60,029 bases of DNA from the NCBI GenBank assembly GCA_002782865.1, contig PFJC01000022.1, positions 1-60,029 of the forward strand, read 5' to 3'. This stretch comes from Candidatus Uhrbacteria bacterium CG_4_10_14_3_um_filter_41_21 (GTDB taxonomy: Bacteria > Patescibacteriota > Patescibacteriia > UBA9934). Of this stretch, positions 1 through 8,320 are shown piece by piece. The translations under genes and the position numbers were made by a program. Positions within the stretch are counted from its first letter, which is position 1. Each line of letters opens with the position of its first letter. A model generated the notes under the pieces. The model had not been told where the DNA came from and made no database searches. It saw only the letters and a program-made list of their open reading frames with translations.

Positions 1-844
1 TGTCGTCATTTGGCAACTGGATAAGCATTAACGGATTGATATTTTTACCCATTCTTTCCAATTCTTCTTTTATTTCCTCTCTTTTTGCCATTCCCAAATC
101 CAACAACACCTCGTCCAAATCCCTACCTTTATATTTTTGCAAATCTTCATCAGTCTGGACCATTATTCTTTCCTTTATCAAACCCTCACCAACCACACTA
201 TCTCTTTCAATCTCTAAATAACTCTTATTTCTATACGCTTCTAATTCATCATCTTGGTCTGGCGTGGCACTAACGTGAAGAATAATTTTTGGATTGATTT
301 TATCAATTTCATTTTTTGCCAAGTCCGTGCTTTTATTTTTGTGACTTTCGTCAATAATTAAAATAATCTCTCGTCCTTCTTTTTGAGTATTCTCCAAAAA
401 ATCCTCCCAATAACAACCACTTTCTTTTCTCATTGTTTCATCATCAGGACGACGTAAAACTCTACTGTCAGCACTCTTTGAAACAATCTTTTGCCAATTC
501 AAAAAAAGAATATCATTTTCATATAGTTTACCTCTGTTTATGTCATTGACTGTCACTAAATTATTTTCAAGATTATTCTCAAAATACTGCATAAACTTAT
601 CTCGGCTTTGCATTGCGAGATCATCGTTGAAAGTAATCCAAATAAACGCTTTATCTCGTTTCCATTGTGGTAAATGGTTTAGCCCACGCACAAAATTGGC
701 AACCATAAAAGTTTTACCACTTCCTGTTGGGGACTTAAACACCATTGGGATTTTTCTTTTCTCTTGTTTCCAAACACGGACAAACATTTCCAGTAAATCC
801 TCAACAGCTTTTTTTTGAAATCTTAATAAGTTAAAAATTTGCAT
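1..844 (-). CDS. res: Type III restriction enzyme Res subunit (SF2 helicase-nuclease), N-terminal part; gene runs off the window start
   Basis: Absent from the ORF track because it is open at the window edge. The reverse-strand ATG at 844..842 gives MQIFNLLRFQKKAVEDLL. It contains KSPTGSGKTFMVANF (Walker A, helicase motif I) and LIIDESHKN (DExH motif II). It starts 1 nt after the mod stop. Confidence 0.8.
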   Translation of the reverse strand, partial: MQIFNLLRFQKKAVEDLLEMFVRVWKQEKRKIPMVFKSPTGSGKTFMVANFVRGLNHLPQWKRDKAFIWITFNDDLAMQSRDKFMQYFENNLENNLVTVNDINRGKLYENDILFLNWQKIVSKSADSRVLRRPDDETMRKESGCYWEDFLENTQKEGREIILIIDESHKNKSTDLAKNEIDKINPKIILHVSATPDQDDELEAYRNKSYLEIERDSVVGEGLIKERIMVQTDEDLQKYKGRDLDEVLLDLGMAKREEIKEELERMGKNINPLMLIQLPNDD

Positions 845-845
845 A

Positions 846-2630
846 CTAAATTAGGTTGTATATCTGTTTGTATATTTCTACAATAGGTTGGGGTATTGTT
901 TTTAAGCGGATATTATTCAATCCTTCAAAATCATCAAAAATTGTTTCATCTTCCCAACTAAAAATATATACTGACACATCTTTTTTTAATTTCTTTACCT
1001 CGGCAACAAAGTCATCCAACTTGTCCATTTCTTCTCTAAAATATACAGCAGTGTATTGGTCGTCATTCTCAAAAATCTGCATATACTTATCTTGCTTGAC
1101 CAATTCAAAGGTATTTTCTGCTATTGCCAATAATTCACCTGCATTGTGAGCTAATTCAATTTTATCCGCATCAGTCACACTTAAAATGTTATTCTTACCA
1201 ACAAATTCTGTCACATAATAACTTAATGACCCGCCTAACCCCTTAATGCCAGCATATCCTTTTATAACTTTTTTTATTCTTGGGTAGCACACTTCTGACA
1301 TAATGTTATTCTCATCATTTGTGCATAAGATAAATTGACGTTCTCCATCGTCACTATCGTTTAATTGCATTACAGCGTGTCCAGTAGTTCCTGTACCTGC
1401 AAAAAAATCAAGAATTACTCCATCATTAGGACATCCTAATTGGATAAAATCCTTAATCAATTCTACTGGTTTTGGATTATTAAAAACTTTTTCACCAAAT
1501 ATCTTTTTTAGTAATCCAGTACCATTACCACTACTATATTCTGGTTTGTAAAATATCGATTTTGGTTTTTTTGACGGTAAATCACCTAATTTCGGTCTCT
1601 GTTTTTTGTAGATACTACTATCCTCACCATTAAAAATTATAATTAGATTGTGTGCTTCTGTATTTATTTTATTTTTACTCCAGCGCCACGACATTTCTTT
1701 TCCGCCTGTAATTGGTAAAACCACTACATCACCATTTCTTTTACCCTCATCTGTCATTTTATTATCTTCTCTAACATATACCTCACCATTTTTCCTAATA
1801 AATATCGGATAAAATAAGTTAGGTCTTTTTTCTCTTGGAGCATTATTACCGGTCGCTTTTAAATTTGCACCTTTTTTATAAAAACCAAACTCATCCTCTT
1901 CCCATTCATCCATATCCTCTTCATCAATAATTTTAAATTCACCAATTTGTGCAAAATCTCTATTTTTTGAATACACCAAAGTATACTCGTGAGTTCCTGC
2001 AAAACCGAACTGGTCGTTATTACCCTTTAAATTCATTACTGTTGGCAGACAAGCAATAAAGTTATCTTTATTTTTTTGTTTATTTTCTTTGTTGAAAATT
2101 TCATCACACAATAATTTTAATTGAGCAAACTCATTGTCATCAATACTGATAAATAATATACCTGTTTCTTTTAATAACTCACGTGCCAATTCTAATCGCT
2201 TCCTCATAAAAGACAACCAATAACTATGTCTGTATGGGTGGTCTTTTGGCACCTCTGTGCCATCAGGAAACTTGTCCAAAATCCTTTTATCTTTATATCT
2301 AAAACCGTCAGACCCTGTGTTATACGGCGGATCTATATAAATAACATCGATTTTGCCTTTATGGGTATAATTCAAACAAGTAAGGGCGTGATAATTATCT
2401 CCCTCAATTAAAATATGCATTGGCTTACCATCTTTATTTTTAATAGCCAACTTTGGATTTTCTTTTAAGATAGGAAGTTTATTTTCTACATCATCCTCAA
2501 ATGCTTCCGGCACATCCATCCAAACCAAACCGTACTTTTGTTTTTTCAAGTTCTTTTTAAGACGGTCAAGTTCTTTTTCTAAACGAAGTATTTTATTATC
2601 TTTTTCATTATCATTCATATTGTTTTGCAT
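846..2630 (-). CDS. mod: Type III R-M Mod subunit, beta-class N6-adenine/N4-cytosine DNA methyltransferase
   Basis: 594-aa ORF. Motif IV (IYIDPPYNTG) precedes motif I (LDFFAGTGTTGHAV), the beta-class order. It is directly upstream of res. Confidence 0.85.
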   Translation of the reverse strand: MQNNMNDNEKDNKILRLEKELDRLKKNLKKQKYGLVWMDVPEAFEDDVENKLPILKENPKLAIKNKDGKPMHILIEGDNYHALTCLNYTHKGKIDVIYIDPPYNTGSDGFRYKDKRILDKFPDGTEVPKDHPYRHSYWLSFMRKRLELARELLKETGILFISIDDNEFAQLKLLCDEIFNKENKQKNKDNFIACLPTVMNLKGNNDQFGFAGTHEYTLVYSKNRDFAQIGEFKIIDEEDMDEWEEDEFGFYKKGANLKATGNNAPREKRPNLFYPIFIRKNGEVYVREDNKMTDEGKRNGDVVVLPITGGKEMSWRWSKNKINTEAHNLIIIFNGEDSSIYKKQRPKLGDLPSKKPKSIFYKPEYSSGNGTGLLKKIFGEKVFNNPKPVELIKDFIQLGCPNDGVILDFFAGTGTTGHAVMQLNDSDDGERQFILCTNDENNIMSEVCYPRIKKVIKGYAGIKGLGGSLSYYVTEFVGKNNILSVTDADKIELAHNAGELLAIAENTFELVKQDKYMQIFENDDQYTAVYFREEMDKLDDFVAEVKKLKKDVSVYIFSWEDETIFDDFEGLNNIRLKTIPQPIVEIYKQIYNLI

Positions 2631-2654
2631 AAACCCATTTTCCCTTAAATCAAG

Positions 2655-2688
2655 ATAAAAAGCAAAAAACCCCGCTTTCGCGGGGTCT
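2655..2688 (-). terminator. Intrinsic terminator after the DUF91 nuclease gene
   Basis: Reverse strand has an ACCCCGC-GAAA-GCGGGGT hairpin (2669-2686) followed by a T-rich run. Confidence 0.8.
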
Positions 2689-2693
2689 TATTA

Positions 2694-3056
2694 TTAGTAT
2701 TCGTCTAATTTAAAATTTATCTTATAAATCTTACAGCTCACAAGATTTTTTACCATTTCTAATCCGTATTCTAATTTTTTATCACGATCACCAACGATTA
2801 TCATCCCGTGAACTTCTTCGCTATTTTTTGCAAGATTACTTTTAACCCAACCAACATAACGTAAAACCTGGCCGATGACTTCGTCATTCTTTCTTCCTTT
2901 TTTAAGTTTGATGACTATAAAATTTCCTTCTTTATCTTTTGCCAATAAATCAATGTACCCAGCATCTTGAGCATAATATTGACGGCCCTCGTTTCCCTCC
3001 TCATCAACAAACTTATTAAGTTTTTGTGAGAAATTAATTTTTTTTAATTTTGCCAA
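2694..3056 (-). CDS. DUF91/NucS-C-like PD-(D/E)xK nuclease domain protein (probable C-terminal half of a split gene)
   Basis: The segment GYIDLLAKDKEGNFIVIKLKKGRKNDEVIGQVLRYVGWV matches the D..(D/E)xK core and QxxxY helix of DUF91/NucS-type nucleases. It has a TTG start only and overlaps the upstream ORF by 13 nt. Confidence 0.6.
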   Translation of the reverse strand: MAKLKKINFSQKLNKFVDEEGNEGRQYYAQDAGYIDLLAKDKEGNFIVIKLKKGRKNDEVIGQVLRYVGWVKSNLAKNSEEVHGMIIVGDRDKKLEYGLEMVKNLVSCKIYKINFKLDEY

Positions 3057-3535
3057 ATGAATTCTTCTAAATACTTTTCCAAAGCAAATTCCATCTCTTC
3101 ATCTGGTTGCTCACCGGCTACAAATACATCTGGTTCAGACCCTAGAATAAGATTAAAATCTCGCTCTGATATTCGTCCAGATGATCCCATGGATGGCCTC
3201 CAACCTAAACTCTTAAAGTCATGTCGGCTTTTTGGACTTGGAAATACGACTACGTCATCTAAGTCAATCCGTAAAATATCTTCTCCATGAAACATCTTCT
3301 GTGAATCTTCGCTATCATCTTTATAGGCCCCACTCGCAAGTTTAGCGCTCCCAACGAAAACTTGATTATTCTGGCCGGTTAAATAAAAAATAACTCTATC
3401 TCCTGGCTGAATTGCTTTTCTATTTGCTGCCCTTGGTCCAAAACCCCAGACGTTTTTATCTACAACAAGATTTTTAAACCACTCATAGGCAGTCATGTCG
3501 TTAGCGTCAGATACCTGGAATACGTAATAATTCAT
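3044..3535 (-). CDS. PUA-like (EVE/ASCH-type) domain protein (probable N-terminal half of a split gene)
   Basis: 163 aa. The pattern YYVFQV..W.FGPRAANRKAIQPGDRVIFYLTG..QVFVGSAKL resembles EVE/ASCH PUA-like folds. The C-terminal EKYLEEFIWQN resembles the linker that precedes DUF91 nuclease cores. Confidence 0.45.
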   Translation of the reverse strand: MNYYVFQVSDANDMTAYEWFKNLVVDKNVWGFGPRAANRKAIQPGDRVIFYLTGQNNQVFVGSAKLASGAYKDDSEDSQKMFHGEDILRIDLDDVVVFPSPKSRHDFKSLGWRPSMGSSGRISERDFNLILGSEPDVFVAGEQPDEEMEFALEKYLEEFIWQN

Positions 3536-3547
3536 ATTTATTTTTCT

Positions 3548-3907
3548 TTAATCTTGATGCTCAGTCCATTTTTTAGCATTCCCATTTGCTTTATCAACCG
3601 GATACTTCTCACCAGTTTTTATAATCTTCTTCTCAAACGCCTGCTTGATATCAATCCCCAAATCGTGCGCCATTAAAAGCACCCAATATAAAACATCGGC
3701 TAACTCATCGCTGACGCCCTCAAACCCCTTTTCACTAGCCAAATAATTTTTAATATCATCCTCACTTTTCCATTGAAAATGTTCCATCACCTCTGCTGCC
3801 TCAAGGGCGAGTGACAAAGCCATATCTTTTGGATTATGGAACTGCTTCCAGTTCCGCTCATCGCGGAAAGCAACAATTTTGTCTGTAAGTTCTTTTAAAT
3901 CTGACAT
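3548..3907 (-). CDS. MazG-like nucleoside triphosphate pyrophosphohydrolase
   Basis: Contains LALEAAEVMEHFQW and ELADVLYWVLLMAHDLGID (MazG EExxE/D helices). Start moved to the ATG at 3907 (MSDLKEL); the tracked N-terminal extension lies inside a repeated leader. Confidence 0.8.
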   Translation of the reverse strand: MSDLKELTDKIVAFRDERNWKQFHNPKDMALSLALEAAEVMEHFQWKSEDDIKNYLASEKGFEGVSDELADVLYWVLLMAHDLGIDIKQAFEKKIIKTGEKYPVDKANGNAKKWTEHQD

Positions 3908-3966
3908 ATAAACCCATTCTGCTCGATTGGGGCGCAAAAAGCAAAAATCCCCATTTCTGGGGATCT
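3905..3966 (-). repeat. 62-nt repeat, copy 1 (terminator hairpin + leader + ATG of the MazG gene)
   Basis: 58/62 identical to 4893-4954 by manual alignment. A partial third copy (hairpin only) lies near 5553-5581. Confidence 0.85.
3936..3964 (-). terminator. Intrinsic terminator (part of the 62-nt repeat)
   Basis: Reverse strand has an ATCCCCA-GAAA-TGGGGAT hairpin followed by TTTTTGCTTTTT. Confidence 0.75.
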
Positions 3967-3987
3967 ATATAAAAACATCGCCTGGCA

Positions 3988-4016
3988 TTGACATTCTGCT
4001 GATTTTGACTTATATA
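3988..4016 (+). promoter_or_regulatory. Sigma70-type promoter of GC-rich cassette 1
   Basis: TTGACA (3988-3993), 17-nt spacer, TATATA (4011-4016). Confidence 0.6.
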
Positions 4017-4049
4017 TTAGGTACACACCCAGCTAGGAGTCACAGAGCA

Positions 4050-4349
4050 ATGACCATCTTCCCCGTCCTTCTCGGCCTCTTCGTGGCCGCCCTAGTGCTC
4101 GGCACCGTCGTCTGCTTCGTCAAGTCCGTCCTCGGCGATGGAGATCAGTGGACGTTCGCCGGCTTCCTCGGCACCGCCGCCACTCTCCACATCACCGTCT
4201 TCGCGATGGTCGGGTTCGCCCAGCGCTTCCCGGACCACCAGTGGACGTGGATCACGCTCGCGCTCATCGTGACGGCCTTCGACGTCGCCGTCGCCATCGC
4301 TGGCAACAACCACCGGCGCCAGCTCGTGCCCGCCATCGCCCAGCGCTGA
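4050..4349 (+). CDS. GC-rich cassette 1: small 3-TM membrane protein (99 aa), unknown function
   Basis: An AGGAG lies 10 nt upstream of the ATG at 4050. A sampled line is about 65% GC. Three hydrophobic segments (IFPVLLGLFVAALVLGTVVCF, FAGFLGTAATLHITVFAMVGF, WITLALIVTAFDVAVAIAG). Overlapping antisense and out-of-frame ORFs are treated as shadows. Confidence 0.6.
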   Translation: MTIFPVLLGLFVAALVLGTVVCFVKSVLGDGDQWTFAGFLGTAATLHITVFAMVGFAQRFPDHQWTWITLALIVTAFDVAVAIAGNNHRRQLVPAIAQR

Positions 4350-4370
4350 GCCTCGACTCAGCTCCCCTTC

Positions 4371-4404
4371 GACCCCAGCCTCTCGGCCGGGGTCGTCGTT
4401 TTTT
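4371..4404 (+). terminator. GC-rich intrinsic terminator of cassette 1
   Basis: GACCCCAGCC-TCTC-GGCCGGGGTC hairpin followed by GTCGTTTTTT. Confidence 0.75.
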
Positions 4405-4407
4405 ATA

Positions 4408-4436
4408 AAAGAAAAATCCCGCTTTCGCGGGATTCT
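4408..4436 (-). terminator. Intrinsic terminator after the HIT gene
   Basis: Reverse strand has an AATCCCGC-GAAA-GCGGGATT hairpin followed by TTTTC. Confidence 0.75.
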
Positions 4437-4439
4437 TAT

Positions 4440-4895
4440 TTATACTTCTTTAATTTTCTCCGCTACCAGCGCCAGCTCACTATCATCGGCTCGATCTGCA
4501 TCATGCGAGCTAATGTAGCCAGGATACTCTTTGTAAAAATCATTAATAACAGAAGATCGCTTTTGCCAATCACCAACTGTTCCGTGCAGTGGGAAAAGTT
4601 TTAAATGTAAGTGGTCAACCCCAAATCCTTCAGCCACCAAGCCAGTGCGTCCAACATCTTCAAAGGCTATATCAATCTTTTTCGCCACTTCTTTGGCTGC
4701 TAAAACTAAACCAGTAATTACATTTTCAGGAGCATCGAATAGATAACTGCCATGGTGCTCTTTTGGAATCAGAACCGTTACCCCTTTTGTATTTGGAAAA
4801 ATACTCAAAAATGCTAAATGATTTTCATCTTCCCAAACTTTATGGCCTGGAGAACTCCCATTTACGATTTGGCAAAAAATACAGTTATCATTCAT
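4440..4895 (-). CDS. HIT-family (histidine triad) nucleotide hydrolase/transferase
   Basis: Contains CIFCQIV near the N-terminus and VDHLHLKLFP (HxHxHxx triad). Start set at the ATG at 4895 (MNDNCIF). Confidence 0.85.
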   Translation of the reverse strand: MNDNCIFCQIVNGSSPGHKVWEDENHLAFLSIFPNTKGVTVLIPKEHHGSYLFDAPENVITGLVLAAKEVAKKIDIAFEDVGRTGLVAEGFGVDHLHLKLFPLHGTVGDWQKRSSVINDFYKEYPGYISSHDADRADDSELALVAEKIKEV

Positions 4896-4954
4896 ATAAA
4901 CCCATTCTGCCCGATTAAGGCGCAAAAAGCAAAAATCCTCATTTCTGGGGATCT
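4893..4954 (-). repeat. 62-nt repeat, copy 2 (terminator hairpin + leader + ATG of the HIT gene)
   Basis: 58/62 identical to 3905-3966. This explains the identical spurious N-terminal extensions MR.NRAEWVYM in two ORF-track entries. Confidence 0.85.
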
Positions 4955-4969
4955 TTATGTAAAAATATT

Positions 4970-5506
4970 TTACTTCTTATCTAAATCGGCAACCGTTTTC
5001 CACAAATCAGACATTACCTCCGGCTGAAGCAATGGTACAGAGTCTTCTTCACCAACATTGACGGCTCTATACATAATCTGATCAAGTACATATTCAGCAT
5101 GGCTAAGTTCGTTAAAGCGTCTTTGCATCTGCGTATGTCTTTCGTTATCGTCTTTTATTTCTAAAGAGCTGGCAGCTCTTTCAATAAGCTTTTTCATTAA
5201 ATTAAATCCTCGTGTATATCTTTCCAAGTCTCTATTAGAGAGTTTCCCCCTATCCAATGCAACTACTGCCTCCATTAATTGTTTTTGCATGTCATGTAAA
5301 TTAAACGGCTCAACACCCTCTCTCCAATCTAATTCTCGAAAAGTCTTTTCGTTTATTACTTCAGTTAAATCTTCAATCTTCTTTGCCAACGCAGTTAACT
5401 CTATCCTTAGCTCTGAGTAATCTCGCGTTTCTTTTATGCCGAATTCGTCTTTTGCGTGCCCGTCTTCAAAACGCCTTTGTAACTCTTCAGAAAATGATTC
5501 TTTCAT
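4970..5506 (-). CDS. Hypothetical helical protein (178 aa)
   Basis: Clean ORF with host-like composition, flanked by terminator hairpins. No motif recognised. Confidence 0.6.
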   Translation of the reverse strand: MKESFSEELQRRFEDGHAKDEFGIKETRDYSELRIELTALAKKIEDLTEVINEKTFRELDWREGVEPFNLHDMQKQLMEAVVALDRGKLSNRDLERYTRGFNLMKKLIERAASSLEIKDDNERHTQMQRRFNELSHAEYVLDQIMYRAVNVGEEDSVPLLQPEVMSDLWKTVADLDKK

Positions 5507-5585
5507 AATAAGAAAATTATTGTTTTTACTATTTTATACTAAATTCATAAAAAGGCAAAAATCCCCATTTCTGGGATCTATGCGA

Positions 5586-6662
5586 TTACTTTTTAGCCTC
5601 GTTTTTTGAACGAGTAACCATAAACTTTACCCCTTCAGACATATTCTCCTCTTTAATTTCAATACTCGGATGCGCATTTTGAAATACTCTATATATCTCA
5701 TCTACAAAAGCCTGTCCGACAACTGGCACTTTGTCAAAATTAAGAAGAATAATTTTAAATTTTTCTAGACCGGAAAGAATACGCCTGGCTTGAGATCGAG
5801 AAATATGGATTCCGCCGGCGGTGTATAGATTAACGCGGATTTCAGTCTTGTCAAAACCGTAATCGCTACCTCCTTTTGAATCAGTGAATTTCTTAAAAAT
5901 ATCATTCAGATGTAAATCTGATTTTATATCTATTTCAAAAATAACTGCTGTTCCCCGCTTGATAGTAGATATTCGCCTCACCTCAACATCATCTTTTGAA
6001 ACTATTAACTGATACCCAAAACTATTTAAATTAAATTTATCTCCCGATCTTGATGTAAAGAAAATTCCCTCACCAGAATGAGACTTAGGCATGGTCGTTG
6101 TTTTGCCTTTTAAAAGATCTTGGATAGCCTGCATCTCTGAATCAAGTTTCCTATTTTTCATGATGTTTCGAAAAACACCAACTCCGGAATCTTCTACGAT
6201 AAATGAAAACTGATTATTGCGAAGTGCAATCTCGACACCAATTATTTTTGATTGCGAATGTTCAATGGCATTATTAAACATTTCCGAAAATGCAAAATTA
6301 AAAATACTATGAATATTTTCCGGAAGATCCATTAAAGCCGGGAAACTCTTTTCAATATCCATCAAAACCATGTGCTCCTCAAGTGATTCATTTCTATATT
6401 TTTTACTAAAAACATTTGGGATGATATCCGGATGTTTTTGAGCGTAGAGCGAAGAAACATAAAAGGCCGATCTGGTACTCCCAATTTTAAGAATTTTTTT
6501 ATCAGCGATTAGGCCTGATAGTAATTGATTAAGATATTGACGAGAAACACCAAACTCAACAGAAAGCTCCTTGGCGGTGAACTTCTCTTTTTTATTGGCT
6601 ATTTCTAATATTTTATTTTTACTCAACATAAGCAAGTACATTGTAAACCATTCTATATTCAA
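5586..6662 (-). CDS. HTH + histidine-kinase-like ATPase (HATPase_c) + STAS-like DUF4325 protein
   Basis: Contains an HTH (ELSVEFGVSRQYLNQLLSGL), an N-box (FNNAIEHS), a G1 box (DSGVGVF) and a G2-like box (GEGIFFTS). The C-terminal FDKVPVVGQAFVDEIYRVF resembles DUF4325. The start may be an internal Met. Confidence 0.6.
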   Translation of the reverse strand: MNIEWFTMYLLMLSKNKILEIANKKEKFTAKELSVEFGVSRQYLNQLLSGLIADKKILKIGSTRSAFYVSSLYAQKHPDIIPNVFSKKYRNESLEEHMVLMDIEKSFPALMDLPENIHSIFNFAFSEMFNNAIEHSQSKIIGVEIALRNNQFSFIVEDSGVGVFRNIMKNRKLDSEMQAIQDLLKGKTTTMPKSHSGEGIFFTSRSGDKFNLNSFGYQLIVSKDDVEVRRISTIKRGTAVIFEIDIKSDLHLNDIFKKFTDSKGGSDYGFDKTEIRVNLYTAGGIHISRSQARRILSGLEKFKIILLNFDKVPVVGQAFVDEIYRVFQNAHPSIEIKEENMSEGVKFMVTRSKNEAKK

Positions 6663-6689
6663 TTGTCAAGTGATTGTCAACCAATAACA

Positions 6690-6720
6690 AAAAGTCCCCA
6701 TCTCCGGGGATTTTTTTTAA
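6690..6720. terminator. Bidirectional hairpin terminator after efp
   Basis: TCCCC..GGGGA hairpin flanked by A-rich and T8 runs. Confidence 0.7.
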
Positions 6721-6728
6721 TTATCGAA

Positions 6729-7292
6729 CTAGTTTACTCGCTCCACATAATCTCCTGTTTCTGTATTTATCTTTACCCTGTCGCCGATTTTGATAAAAAT
6801 CGGCACTCGAGCATTTAAGCCGTTGTCGAGCTCGGCATCTTTGGAAACATTACCGGAAACTGTATCCCCCTTTACCGCCGGCTCGGTCATTGTAACTGTA
6901 TATTCAATCTTTTGAGGAAGTTCGACTGCAATTGGGTTACTTTCGTGCATTATCACCATTACATCTAGGCCTTCTTTCAAGTATTTTCTGTCGTCTCCAA
7001 TAACCTCAGCTTGAATCTCTACCTGTTCGTAGCTAACACCGTCCATGAAAGTAAATGTGGCGCCATCGCCAAAAATAAACGACATTTTTTTATTTGAAAC
7101 ATCAGCAAACTCAAGATTTTCGCTGGCTTTGTAGTTGTTGTCATTAACTTTACCACTTGAGAGTGATTTCATTTTGGTACGAACAAATGAACCGCCTTTT
7201 CCCGGAGACACGCGTTGAAAGCCGGTTACAACCCAAAGCTCGCCATCGCGGTTAATTACTGTTCCTTTTTTTATATCGTTTGGAGAAGCCAT
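6729..7292 (-). CDS. efp: Elongation factor P
   Basis: 187 aa. Contains the canonical KPGKG-type loop (VSPGKGGSFVRTKMKS) and the EF-P domain order. Confidence 0.95.
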   Translation of the reverse strand: MASPNDIKKGTVINRDGELWVVTGFQRVSPGKGGSFVRTKMKSLSSGKVNDNNYKASENLEFADVSNKKMSFIFGDGATFTFMDGVSYEQVEIQAEVIGDDRKYLKEGLDVMVIMHESNPIAVELPQKIEYTVTMTEPAVKGDTVSGNVSKDAELDNGLNARVPIFIKIGDRVKINTETGDYVERVN

Positions 7293-7300
7293 ACATCAAT

Positions 7301-8149
7301 TTATTTTTTAAATCTATCCCTCGGAGGAAATATATGAATATCATTAATATCACCGACACCGTACTTGAGCATCACTAATCGGTCAACTCCCAGAGCATTT
7401 CCACAAACCGGTCGATTAATTTTTGCAAGAGATTCTAACAGCTCTTCGTCTATTCCAAAAACCCTTTTCCCCATTTTTCTACGCTCTTCTTGCTCTTGCT
7501 CAAACCTGATTCTTTGCTCTTTGGCGTCAATCAATTCTGAAAATCCATTACAAAGTTCCATTCCTCCGGCATAAGCCTCAAATCTCTCCGCATATTTTCC
7601 ATCTTCTGATAATTTTGCCAACGCTGCCTTTTCTGGCGGATAGTTCATGACAAAAAATCTATTATGATCAACTCGCGGGTCTTCGTCTTCATCCATATTG
7701 GCGTCCTTGTACTCAACTCGTGGCCACTCGCCTTCCCAACCCATTATGTGATTTACCAGAGCCTCGGTTTCGCGCATACAACTTTCGTAGTTAGCACCAA
7801 CTCGGTACCACTCCAGCATTGTAAACTCAGGTGAGTTATGTGGAGCTAGGGCTTCACCCGCTCGAAAACATCTGGTGACTGTATAAATCTTCTCAAATCC
7901 GGCCCCTAATAACTTTTTCATGGCAAACTCAGGCGAGGTGATAAGAGCAGCGTCAGTTTTTTCTGGAGCTGGATTGAAAATATCAAGTTCCACTACAACT
8001 GGATCGATGGTTGGTGCTAAATCAGGATATCTAACTAAAAGCGGAGGATTAAATCCCAAGTATCCACGAGATCTAAAAAAATGATGAACAGCCGCAACTA
8101 CATTGTCGCCCATTGCCTGTCGTCTTAGAATATCATCTTTGCTTAACAT
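7301..8149 (-). CDS. epmA: EF-P--(R)-beta-lysine ligase (class II LysRS-like, EpmA/PoxA)
   Basis: Truncated class II aaRS core lacking an anticodon domain (FRAGE, GVDRLVML motifs), immediately upstream of efp. Confidence 0.8.
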   Translation of the reverse strand: MLSKDDILRRQAMGDNVVAAVHHFFRSRGYLGFNPPLLVRYPDLAPTIDPVVVELDIFNPAPEKTDAALITSPEFAMKKLLGAGFEKIYTVTRCFRAGEALAPHNSPEFTMLEWYRVGANYESCMRETEALVNHIMGWEGEWPRVEYKDANMDEDEDPRVDHNRFFVMNYPPEKAALAKLSEDGKYAERFEAYAGGMELCNGFSELIDAKEQRIRFEQEQEERRKMGKRVFGIDEELLESLAKINRPVCGNALGVDRLVMLKYGVGDINDIHIFPPRDRFKK

Positions 8150-8159
8150 AATAGTAAAA

Positions 8160-8270
8160 TCAGAAATTTGAATATAGAAATCAGAAACAAATACGAAATT
8201 AGAAGCATGAAATCGAATTTCAAATTTAGATATTCTAATTTGTTTAGAATTTCTAATTTCTTATTTACAT
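8160..8270. repeat. AT-rich low-complexity imperfect palindrome (AGAAAT/TAGAA words)
   Basis: GAAATTAGAA pairs with TTCTAATTTC around a centre near 8220. Related words recur at 51070-51250. Confidence 0.5.
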
Positions 8271-8283
8271 TTATAGTATACCA

Positions 8284-8312
8284 AAAACGAGGCACTTTAG
8301 TCCTCGCTTTTG
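8284..8312 (-). terminator. Intrinsic terminator after rpsR
   Basis: Reverse strand has a CGAGG..CCTCG hairpin followed by TTTTTGG. Confidence 0.65.
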
Positions 8313-8320
8313 TTTTATTT

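Noticed and set aside
3927-4049. 41-aa N-terminal extension of the cassette-1 ORF, and the two identical MR.NRAEWVYM extensions of the MazG and HIT genes
   Set aside because: The extensions read through promoter, terminator and repeat sequence. Internal ATGs with a better context (AGGAG for the cassette; conserved protein N-termini for MazG and HIT) were chosen.
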